DNA of 48,606 nucleotides from an uncultured Gammaproteobacteria bacterium. GTDB lineage: Bacteria; Patescibacteriota; Microgenomatia; UBA10105; UBA927. The first letter of the stretch is position 1, and every line of letters starts with the position of its first letter. The notes beneath the pieces are model-generated. The model did not search any database. It was not told where the DNA came from and worked only from the letters and a program-made list of their open reading frames with translations. The stretch is taken from NCBI GenBank assembly GCA_964515005.1, contig CAZEVT010000001.1:40130-88735 (forward strand), written 5' to 3'. The translations under genes were made by a program, and so were the position numbers. This document shows positions 20,100-27,720 of this stretch, in pieces.

Positions 20100-20336
20100 A
20101 TGAACCCCGAAGGGCCAAAAATTCTAATATTTAGTAAAGGAGCAAATCCTGTACGAGACGGCGTCCTTCTCGGATCGCTGATTTCAGGAGTAAACCACCT
20201 CATCCAAAATAATATAAATGCTGCATTATTTGATTTTATTATTCAAACAGGAGCCATGCTAACAGAACGCGGGGCAAGAGAGGCTTCGGGTCTTCAAGGC
20301 GTTATCGACCTGTTGTTCCCTAAAATTCGTACTTAG
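20100..20336 (+). CDS. hypothetical protein (78 aa from ATG 20100)
   Basis: The ORF-track ORF 20082..20336 begins at a TTG. An in-frame ATG at 20100 sits 7 nt after a near-consensus promoter. No family is recognisable. Its 3' end overlaps the converging dehydrogenase gene by 4 nt. Confidence 0.45.
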   Translation: MNPEGPKILIFSKGANPVRDGVLLGSLISGVNHLIQNNINAALFDFIIQTGAMLTERGAREASGLQGVIDLLFPKIRT

Positions 20337-21478
20337 GTTTTGAAAATTTTGTAAACAACTCCTGCTTTATCATCAGAAATATATAAATTCCCTTTGTCAT
20401 CAAACAGTAAATCCACAGGACGGCCGAGGGCGCTGCCTTTACTCAACCAGCCGGATATAAAATCTTCTGCTCCCAGAGAATTTCCTTTGTCGTCAAGTTT
20501 AAACCGGACAATCTTGTACCCCGTCGGCTCTGTTCTATTCCAAGAACCGTGGTACGCTACAAGAAGATCTCCCGCGTATTCCTTGCCCCAGGCGGCGGGA
20601 ATAAATGCAATGCCAAGAGGAGCCGAATGGGCCTGATACTCAATAACCGGCGGCTCTGTGGTTTTACAAAAATCAATGAACTTCCCAGCCGCGTCAAAAC
20701 TCTTGTCATGGACCCGTTTGCTGTAACAATACGGCCATCCGTAGTTTTTTTCCTCCAAAATGATGTTTACTTCTTCCGGTGGCGTATTATCCCCCAAAAG
20801 ATCACGCCCCATGTCGGTCGCCCACATTTGTTTTGTCACTGGATGCCAGGTGAAAAACACGCTATTTCGCAGGCCCGTCGCAAACTGTTTCAGGTCACTG
20901 CCGTCGGCATTGGCAACGAGTATTTTTGCCCGCTGCGCGTTGTCCTCAACGCACACGTTGCACGTTGATCCGATGGCAATATACAGCTTCCCGTCTGGCC
21001 CGAATCCGATGGTTCTGGTGAAATGGTTGCCGCCGGAAGGCAGGTCGATGATTTTCCGGCGAGCGGAAGCTTTCGCATTTGACACGTCATAGTCATAGAC
21101 TGCAACGGCATTGTTTTCCGCAATATACAGTGCGCCGTTTTTGAACGCCAATCCGTGCGGCTGACGAAGGCCTTGCACGACCACCGACTCCTGCCCAGTT
21201 GCAGAAACGGCAAATACTTTACCAGATGCAGGACTACTTACCAGGACTCTACCTTTGGGATCGAGCACTAGCACCCGTGCATTGGGGACGTTTTTGGCGT
21301 AGGTTGCAATGGAAAACCCGTTCGGAAGTGTAAGAGGAAGTCCGGTAGTATTTTGTGGCGCCGTCTTTGTTTGAGGAATAATTGTTGGTGCGGGGCCAAC
21401 CGCCGGTGCAACTCCCCGCCGCGCCCAAATCACAACCCCAATCAAAAGAATAAGCAAAATCCATCCGATTTTTTTCAT
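20333..21478 (-). CDS. membrane-anchored PQQ-dependent sugar (glucose/sorbosone) dehydrogenase-like beta-propeller
   Basis: An N-terminal hydrophobic anchor is followed by propeller segments typical of the soluble glucose/sorbosone dehydrogenase family: GLRQPHGLAF, GGNHFTRTIGFGPDGKLYIAIGS.CN.C, NSVFFTWHP.T.QMWATDMGRD.LGDN.PPEE.N......NYGWPYCY, HSAPLGIAF, GSWNR..P.GYK. Confidence 0.75.
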   Translation of the reverse strand: MKKIGWILLILLIGVVIWARRGVAPAVGPAPTIIPQTKTAPQNTTGLPLTLPNGFSIATYAKNVPNARVLVLDPKGRVLVSSPASGKVFAVSATGQESVVVQGLRQPHGLAFKNGALYIAENNAVAVYDYDVSNAKASARRKIIDLPSGGNHFTRTIGFGPDGKLYIAIGSTCNVCVEDNAQRAKILVANADGSDLKQFATGLRNSVFFTWHPVTKQMWATDMGRDLLGDNTPPEEVNIILEEKNYGWPYCYSKRVHDKSFDAAGKFIDFCKTTEPPVIEYQAHSAPLGIAFIPAAWGKEYAGDLLVAYHGSWNRTEPTGYKIVRFKLDDKGNSLGAEDFISGWLSKGSALGRPVDLLFDDKGNLYISDDKAGVVYKIFKT

Positions 21479-21828
21479 AACGATTCGAGCTTGAGTGCCA
21501 TGATAAAGTCGTTTTCTGAAAGTCCGCCGATGGCATGGGTCCAGAGTTCAACGAGCACCTTGTTGTAGTAAATGTGAAGGTCCGGGTGATGCCCTTCCGC
21601 CTCTGCAATCGGCACAATCTTGTCAACGAATGCAATCGCTTCCGGGAAATTCTTGAATGTGAACTGGTGGCTGATTTTTTTGGCTCCCGAACCGGCCTTG
21701 TTCGTATCGACCAGTTCCCACGGGACGGAAAGCGCAGGTTTATACGCGTATATTTTCTCCGTGTTAAACGGTTCCTCCGTCCCCTCGCAGGGAATGCAGT
21801 GCTTCTTTTGTAAATCCGCCTTGTCCAT
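21475..21828 (-). CDS. pterin-4a-carbinolamine dehydratase (PCD/DCoH family)
   Basis: The ORF reads E-AEG-HHP-DLHIY-Y-NKVLVELWT-H-AIGGLSEN-D. This matches the PCD signature [DE]-x3-H-H-P-x5-[YW]-x9-H-x8-D exactly. An ATGA overlap joins it to the downstream dehydrogenase. Confidence 0.85.
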   Translation of the reverse strand: MDKADLQKKHCIPCEGTEEPFNTEKIYAYKPALSVPWELVDTNKAGSGAKKISHQFTFKNFPEAIAFVDKIVPIAEAEGHHPDLHIYYNKVLVELWTHAIGGLSENDFIMALKLESL

Positions 21829-21831
21829 GAG

Positions 21832-22029
21832 TTACTTGAATAAATTAAAAATAACAGTAAGTGCAATACTTAAAATAATGGAGCTGACAAGCGGAAAATA
21901 AATGGTAAATCCCTCTTTTTGGATGTAGACGTCTCCGGGAAGTAAGGGAATTTTCATGCCCGGAGCGATATTTGCAAATATACCAGCGAGGATAAGGATG
22001 ATCCCGAAAAGTATAAGCGGATTTCCCAT
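21832..22029 (-). CDS. small two-helix membrane protein (DUF2905-like)
   Basis: 65 aa with two hydrophobic helices flanking PGDVYIQKEGFTIYFP. This matches my recollection of DUF2905. Confidence 0.6.
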   Translation of the reverse strand: MGNPLILFGIILILAGIFANIAPGMKIPLLPGDVYIQKEGFTIYFPLVSSIILSIALTVIFNLFK

Positions 22030-22033
22030 AGCC

Positions 22034-22612
22034 CTATTCTAACATTTTCCACAAAATACGGGCTCCATACGTGCGGTACGGCGACCACTTGCGGACAATT
22101 TTTTCCATTTGCTTCACCGTGGGCTCTTTTTTGAACTTATAGAGTTTTTGGATTGCGCGCCTAAGTCCCAAATCGCCATACGAAAACACGTCTTCCCGCC
22201 CGAGGGAAAACATAAGAAACATTTCTGCGCTCCACGGGCCGATCCCTTTGATTTTCGTCAGCTCTGCAATGACCTCTTCGTTTTTCATATCCCGAAGCGT
22301 TCGCAAATCAAAATCCTGTGCGTGCCTTGCAAGATTTTTTAGATATGTTATTTTCGAGCCAGACGTCCCAACAGAGCGGATTTTCGCGTCCCTCAAAGCA
22401 AGTAGTTTTTTGGCTGTTACCTTCTTTCGGGGAAACAGCGCCTCAAACCGGGCGTAGATCGTGGCTCCCGCTTTTTCCGATAGTTGCTGCTGCACGATAA
22501 TTTCACAAAGATCAGAGAAATAATCATTACTGGGAACGATGAGATCTATGGCTTTAATGGCTGCGGCCAAAGTAGGATCAACGGTTTTGAAATGCTTGAT
22601 TATGTGTTTCAT
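22034..22612 (-). CDS. HhH-GPD DNA glycosylase (AlkA-like 3-methyladenine DNA glycosylase II)
   Basis: From ATG 22612 (MKHIIKHFKTVDP..) the ORF gives 192 aa. Contains ..IVQQQLS.KAG..I..RF.., a helix-hairpin-helix (LTKIKGIGPWSAEMFLMF) and the catalytic Asp region (DVFSYGDLGLRRA). The ORF-track extension to 22954 is antisense to the flavodoxin gene. Confidence 0.8.
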   Translation of the reverse strand: MKHIIKHFKTVDPTLAAAIKAIDLIVPSNDYFSDLCEIIVQQQLSEKAGATIYARFEALFPRKKVTAKKLLALRDAKIRSVGTSGSKITYLKNLARHAQDFDLRTLRDMKNEEVIAELTKIKGIGPWSAEMFLMFSLGREDVFSYGDLGLRRAIQKLYKFKKEPTVKQMEKIVRKWSPYRTYGARILWKMLE

Positions 22613-22618
22613 GTCACA

Positions 22619-22630
22619 TATTGTACAATA
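22619..22630. promoter_or_regulatory. perfect 12-bp palindrome TATTGTACAATA in a 24-bp divergent spacer; reads TACAAT on both strands
   Basis: The sequence at 22619..22630 is its own reverse complement. TACAAT on the plus strand (22624..22629) lies 7 nt before the flavodoxin ATG at 22637. TACAAT on the minus strand (22625..22620) lies 7 nt before the glycosylase ATG at 22612. Confidence 0.6.
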
Positions 22631-22636
22631 AAAAAC

Positions 22637-23095
22637 ATGCACATACTTCTGGTCTGGGCTACCAACTCCGGTTCCACGCAAACGGTCGCGCATATGGTCA
22701 ATGATGCTCTCACGGCCGCAGGACACACAGTCACCATGAAGGAAGCACGCGAAACGTCTCCTGAAGATTTTACCAGCCCCCAAGTAGTTATCATTGGCTC
22801 CCCCAGCTGGGACTTTGACAGCAACGAGGGATTCCCCCATGAAGACTACTTGCCGCTCATGGAAAAAATGAAAACAACCGAGATTGCCAAACCTTTTGCC
22901 ATTTTCGGTCTCGGGGATTCCTCGTATAAATTCTTCTGCGGCGCAGTTGACCACTTTGAAGAATTTGTAAAAAACCTAAAAGGGACGTTGCTCGTTCCTT
23001 CCCTCCGCATTGATAAATACTATACAAACACTGAGGATAATAACGGAAAAATAACGACCTGGCTTGAGGAACTCAAAAAGAAGCTTACCACTTAA
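22637..23095 (+). CDS. short-chain flavodoxin
   Basis: From ATG 22637 the ORF reads MHILLVWATNSGSTQTVA.. (a T/S-x-T/S-G-x-T FMN phosphate loop), then ..VIIGSPSWD......, ..FAIFGLGDSSY..FCGAV. 152 aa. Confidence 0.8.
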   Translation: MHILLVWATNSGSTQTVAHMVNDALTAAGHTVTMKEARETSPEDFTSPQVVIIGSPSWDFDSNEGFPHEDYLPLMEKMKTTEIAKPFAIFGLGDSSYKFFCGAVDHFEEFVKNLKGTLLVPSLRIDKYYTNTEDNNGKITTWLEELKKKLTT

Positions 23096-23558
23096 AATGC
23101 GCAAACGCCCGGTTGGCGTCGGCCATACGCTGCACGGTGTCCCGTTTCTTGATCGCTTCACCCTGACCTTTGGCAGCATCCGTAAGCTCGGCCGCGAGCT
23201 TCGGGGCAAATCCTTTAAACTCCTTACTTGATCTTTTGTTGGCAAACTGTACGATCCACCGCATGGCGAGGGCCATTCTGCGGTCACCGCGCACTTCGGT
23301 CGGAACCTGATACGAGGCGCCTCCCACACGCCGTGCCTTCACTTCCATTTTTGGCCCAACGTTATTTATTGCGGTTTCAAATACCACCACCGGGTCTTCG
23401 CCTTTTTCTTTTATGCTTTCCAATGCTTTGTAGACGACATCCCGGGCGGTACTCTTTTTGCCGCTTTTCATCACCCGGTTTATGAAACGGGTAAGGAGTC
23501 TGTTCCCATAGAGGGGATCGGGCTCAAATACGGGGTGTGATACGCGTCCTGATCTCAT
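23085..23558 (-). CDS. rpsG: 30S ribosomal protein S7
   Basis: 157 aa. Contains ..DPLYGN.L...FIN.VM..GKKS.A...VY.A.. and ..NRAFAHFKW at the C-terminus. Confidence 0.95.
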   Translation of the reverse strand: MRSGRVSHPVFEPDPLYGNRLLTRFINRVMKSGKKSTARDVVYKALESIKEKGEDPVVVFETAINNVGPKMEVKARRVGGASYQVPTEVRGDRRMALAMRWIVQFANKRSSKEFKGFAPKLAAELTDAAKGQGEAIKKRDTVQRMADANRAFAHFKW

Positions 23559-23561
23559 AGA

Positions 23562-23999
23562 TTAACTGGCAGCCGCGGGTGCGGGTCCCGGGCTACCTGC
23601 TTTGGCGCCGTAGCGGGAACGACCCTGTTTGCGGTTTGCTACTCCCGAAGAGTCATATTTTCCCCGAACAATATGATATTTTACGCCTGGTAGGTCGGGG
23701 ACCCTTCCGCCGCGAACCAAAACAATTGCGTGTTCCGTAAGCTCGTGGCCGATTCCCGGAATATATGCCGTCACTTCCTGCTTGTTTGAAAGCCGGACGC
23801 GGGCAACTTTCCGAAGCGCAGAGTTTGGCTTTTTGGGTGTCATGGTTTTGACCAAGGTCACCACTCCCCGCTTGAAGGGAGATGGCACCTGATGCGTGAC
23901 GCGGTCTTTGGCATTAAAAAACTTCCGCAGTGCGGTTGCTTTTATCTTTTTTGCCCGGGAGTGTCGGCCGTATTTGATAAGTTGGTTAATCGTCGGCAT
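23562..23999 (-). CDS. rpsL: 30S ribosomal protein S12 (with Ala/Pro-rich C-terminal tail)
   Basis: Contains [10 protein letters not shown]......K...L.., ..[48 protein letters not shown]. Confidence 0.96.
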   Translation of the reverse strand: MPTINQLIKYGRHSRAKKIKATALRKFFNAKDRVTHQVPSPFKRGVVTLVKTMTPKKPNSALRKVARVRLSNKQEVTAYIPGIGHELTEHAIVLVRGGRVPDLPGVKYHIVRGKYDSSGVANRKQGRSRYGAKAGSPGPAPAAAS

Positions 24000-24000
24000 A

Positions 24001-27000
24001 TTAGTGTTTTATTGCTGCCCGTTCCGCAGATACCGGAATGAGTCGTCCGATTATAACGTTTTCTTTAAGACCCAGCAACTTATCCTCCTTGGCAGCCAGG
24101 GCTGCATCAGTCAGAACATTGGTCGTTTCCTGGAAAGACGCGGCAGACAACCACGACTCGGTGAAGAGTGACGCCCGCGTAATCCCAAGGACAATTATCT
24201 GTGCGGTTGACGGCTCTCCCCCTGCGGCCAGCACCCTGGCGTTTTCGTCCTGGAAACGCATCCGGTCAACGAGTTCGCCGGGAAGCAGCATCGTGTCGCC
24301 GGAGGTGTCGACGCGTACCTTGTCGCTCATTTTCCGAACGATCACTTCAAAATGCTTATCATGAATCATAATGCCCTGGGACTCATAGACCCGCTGAATT
24401 TCGGTGATAAGATATTTTTGTGCTCCGCGAAGCCCCCGCACTTGGAGTACTTCTTTGAGATCCAAATAGCCTCCGGCAAGCTGGTCTCCTGCGGCAACCA
24501 ATTCCCCGTCTTTGACTTTAAGTTCGCTCGTTAGGGGAATAACATATTCACGCTCTTCCGGCGGCTTGATCGTGGTATTTTTGACCCGGACTTTGTACCC
24601 GGCTTCGGTTTCAATAACTTCCACTTTTCCGGCAATCTCAGAAAGCGGCGACAACACCCGCGGCAAGCGGACTTCAAAAAGCTCCTCGACCCGCGGCAAG
24701 CCCTGCGTCACGTCAAGTCCCACGATACCTCCGGCGTGCCGCACACGCATGGTCAGCTGTGTACCGGGCTCGCCGATGGATTGGGCGGCAAGCACGCCCA
24801 CGGGCGTACCCAGTTCAACCTGCGCATCGGTGCTGTAGTCCCTTCCGTAACAGGCCGCACACATACCAATCGGCGCCTGACAGGATATGGCCGAACGAAC
24901 GAGTACCGACTGCACGTCATGTTCATCCAAGAGCCCTGCGTTTTCCTCAGTAATTTCCTCTCCCTTAGCAATAAGAACTTTCTTGCTGTTTGGTGCCGTC
25001 ACATCAACAGCCGCGAATCTACCGATAACGCGTGTGGCAAGTACCGCCTGCCGGTCCTCGGCCCGTACAACTTCCCATCCTTCCGAGGTGCCGCAGTCGG
25101 CCATGCGAATGATCATGTCGTGGGAAACGTCGACCAAGCGTCGGGTTAAGTACCCGGCGTCCGCGGTCTTCAGGGCCGAGTCAGTCAAGCCTTTGCGGGA
25201 TCCGCGGGTTGAGGTGACGTATTCAAAAATAGAAAGACCCTCACGGTAGTTACTCTTGGTCGGAAGCTCAACGATTTTCCCGAGCGGGTCAACGACAAGC
25301 CCTTTGATTGCAGAGAGCTGTTTGAGCTGATCTTTGGAGGCCCGGGCGCTACCGGATTCAATAATCATCTTGACCGGGTTGTTATTGGGCATTTGCGCCC
25401 ACGTCATATCTGCCATGCGCTCGGTCACTTCGATCCAAATTTCGTTTGCCAACCGCTTCTTTTCCTCAAGCGTAATGAGGCCTTGCTGATAGTTTTGGTC
25501 CACTTCGGTAACTTTCTTCTCGGCAACTCCTACGATCTCAGCCTTTTCGGGAATCTGAATACAGTCAAAGACCGATACAGAAAGCCCGCCGCATATGGTC
25601 GCGCCCCAAAACCCGAGGTTTTTGATTGCGTCTATGAGGGCAACCACTTCTTCACGGGTGTAAAGCTTCAGGGCTTTCGTGATGATGGATTTCACGGTTG
25701 CCGCTTTCACCGGGGTATTGACGAAGCGGAGTCCTTCAGGGAGTATTTCGTTAAAGAGCACCTTGCCGACGGTGGTCGTCAGAAGTTCTTTTGCTATCGC
25801 GACGCGAATGGGAGAGCGCAGAGCTATTTTGCCTGTCTGATAGGCAAAGACTGCATCTTCCTGCGTTGCAAACACGGTAAGTTCCTTCTCTTCTTGCGGG
25901 GCGTTTGGATCAACCGTTGAGAGGTAGTAGCAGCCCAATACCATTTCCTTGTTGGGAACCGTAATCGGAGACCCGTCCGCGGGCTTGAGGAGATTATGCG
26001 TCGGAAGCATGAGGTGGGCCGCCTCGTGCTGACTCTCGGTAGAAAGCGGAATATGTACGGCCATTTGGTCTCCGTCAAAGTCTGCGTTGTATCCGGCACA
26101 CACACAGGGGTGTATGCGGATGGCGGACCCTTCGATAAGGATGGGGTAAAAGGCCTGAATACCCAGCTTATGCAGGGTCGGCGCACGGTTTAAAAGAACC
26201 GGATGGTGTTTGGTAATCTCCTCAAGAATGTCAAAAACCTCCGGCGTCCGGCGCTCCAGCACATTCTTGGCATTTTTGACGTTCGGGGCAATTCCCCGGA
26301 CAATAAGCTCGCGAAGGACAAACGGCTTGAACATTTCGAGAGCCATTTCTTTGGGGATACCGCACTGGGTGAGATTAAGTTCAGGCCCGACAACGATAAC
26401 GGAACGCCCCGAATAGTCGACGCGTTTCCCAAGCAAATTCTGCCGGAACCGGCCTTGTTTGCCGCGAAGCATGTCAGACAAAGATCGCAAAGGCGCAATC
26501 ACGGCGCGAGAACTCGGGCGCTGGGTCACGTCGATCAAGGAATCGACCGCTTCCTGCAGCATCCGCTTTTCATTCCGCAGAATTATTTCCGGCGCCCCCA
26601 AAGCCATAAGATGCTTGAGGCGGTTGTTGCGGTTTATGACTCTCCGGTACAAATCATTCAAGTCGCTGGTTGCGAACCTTCCGCCGGTCAGCTGTACCAT
26701 GGGCCGCAGATCTGGAGGAATAACCGGCAAGGTATTGATAATCATCCAGGAAGGGGCAATATTGGCTTTGCGCATGCCGTCAACCAGGCGCAGGCGTTTG
26801 GTCAGTTTAATATGCCGTTGTCCGCTCGTGTTTTGAATTTCTTCGCGAAGACTCGCTGCAAGCTTATCAAGATCAAGCTTTTTGATCACGTCAAGAACCG
26901 CCTCCGCGCCCATCCCTACTTCAAAACAGGCGGTTGTCTCATATTCGAAAAGCCTCAAAAATTCGTCTTCCGTAAGCGTCGCCAAGGGTCGGATTGATTT

Positions 27001-27720
27001 GACGATCGACACGACCTGATCGGTAATGGTCTTAATCTTTTCTTCTTCCTGGCTCCCCTGGTCTTCAATTCTTGAGATTTCCTGGCGTTCCTTCAGCGTG
27101 AGCTCCGATACCGCCATATCGCGGGCTTCAGTCCCCGAGACGCGGCCCTTTACCTCTTCTTTTTGCTTCACATACCCGGCCTTTAAGACCGCAACCTCTT
27201 CCTTCACTCGCTTGGCGACCTCTTCCATGCGGGTCTTTCCGCCTTGTCCCAAATGCGTCATCACGGTTTTCCGTTTTTCCTCATCCACGCGGGTAACCAG
27301 ATATTGGGCAAAATAGATGACCTCTTCCAGGGCTCTCGGGCTGATATCCAGAAGAAGCGAAAGCTTACTGGGCGCGCCTTTGAAAAACCAGACATGGGCA
27401 ACGGGAGCCACGAGCGCAATATGGCCCATACGCTCACGCCTGACTTTACTCTGGGTGACTTCAACGCCGCATTTGTCGCAAACGATGCCGCGGTACCGGA
27501 TCCTCTTGTACTTGCCGCAGTAACATTCCCAGTCTTTCGTAGGGCCAAAAATCCGCTCATCGAAGAGCCCGTCTTTTTCGGGCTTAAGCGTCCGGTAGTT
27601 GATCGTTTCCGGCTTCGTTACCTCCCCATACGACCAGGACTTCACTTCCTCGGGTGAGGCAAGGGTAATTTTCAACCCTGCAAAGTCTACAATATTGGCA
27701 AATGTCGCTTTTTTATCCAT
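24001..27720 (-). CDS. rpoC: DNA-directed RNA polymerase subunit beta'
   Basis: 1239 aa. Contains a zinc-finger region (CYCGKYK...[13 protein letters not shown]) and the catalytic [12 protein letters not shown] motif. Confidence 0.98.
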   Translation of the reverse strand: MDKKATFANIVDFAGLKITLASPEEVKSWSYGEVTKPETINYRTLKPEKDGLFDERIFGPTKDWECYCGKYKRIRYRGIVCDKCGVEVTQSKVRRERMGHIALVAPVAHVWFFKGAPSKLSLLLDISPRALEEVIYFAQYLVTRVDEEKRKTVMTHLGQGGKTRMEEVAKRVKEEVAVLKAGYVKQKEEVKGRVSGTEARDMAVSELTLKERQEISRIEDQGSQEEEKIKTITDQVVSIVKSIRPLATLTEDEFLRLFEYETTACFEVGMGAEAVLDVIKKLDLDKLAASLREEIQNTSGQRHIKLTKRLRLVDGMRKANIAPSWMIINTLPVIPPDLRPMVQLTGGRFATSDLNDLYRRVINRNNRLKHLMALGAPEIILRNEKRMLQEAVDSLIDVTQRPSSRAVIAPLRSLSDMLRGKQGRFRQNLLGKRVDYSGRSVIVVGPELNLTQCGIPKEMALEMFKPFVLRELIVRGIAPNVKNAKNVLERRTPEVFDILEEITKHHPVLLNRAPTLHKLGIQAFYPILIEGSAIRIHPCVCAGYNADFDGDQMAVHIPLSTESQHEAAHLMLPTHNLLKPADGSPITVPNKEMVLGCYYLSTVDPNAPQEEKELTVFATQEDAVFAYQTGKIALRSPIRVAIAKELLTTTVGKVLFNEILPEGLRFVNTPVKAATVKSIITKALKLYTREEVVALIDAIKNLGFWGATICGGLSVSVFDCIQIPEKAEIVGVAEKKVTEVDQNYQQGLITLEEKKRLANEIWIEVTERMADMTWAQMPNNNPVKMIIESGSARASKDQLKQLSAIKGLVVDPLGKIVELPTKSNYREGLSIFEYVTSTRGSRKGLTDSALKTADAGYLTRRLVDVSHDMIIRMADCGTSEGWEVVRAEDRQAVLATRVIGRFAAVDVTAPNSKKVLIAKGEEITEENAGLLDEHDVQSVLVRSAISCQAPIGMCAACYGRDYSTDAQVELGTPVGVLAAQSIGEPGTQLTMRVRHAGGIVGLDVTQGLPRVEELFEVRLPRVLSPLSEIAGKVEVIETEAGYKVRVKNTTIKPPEEREYVIPLTSELKVKDGELVAAGDQLAGGYLDLKEVLQVRGLRGAQKYLITEIQRVYESQGIMIHDKHFEVIVRKMSDKVRVDTSGDTMLLPGELVDRMRFQDENARVLAAGGEPSTAQIIVLGITRASLFTESWLSAASFQETTNVLTDAALAAKEDKLLGLKENVIIGRLIPVSAERAAIKH

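Noticed and set aside
21249-21866. 205-aa minus-strand ORF overlapping the dehydrogenase N-terminus and the PCD gene in another frame.
   Set aside because: It is Arg/Ser/Thr-rich and low-complexity. The two overlapping frames carry clear family motifs (the PCD signature and propeller segments).
22613-22954. N-terminal 114-aa extension of the AlkA-like ORF (the track ORF runs 22034..22954).
   Set aside because: The extension is antisense to the well-supported flavodoxin gene and contains no glycosylase motifs. The conserved domain begins at the ATG at 22612, which also has the -10 box spacing seen at other genes.
23085-23095. The 11-nt convergent overlap of the flavodoxin and rpsG 3' ends, considered as a separate regulatory element.
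   Set aside because: It is only an overlap of stop regions with no hairpin of its own. I folded it into the island-boundary observation instead of reporting it separately.
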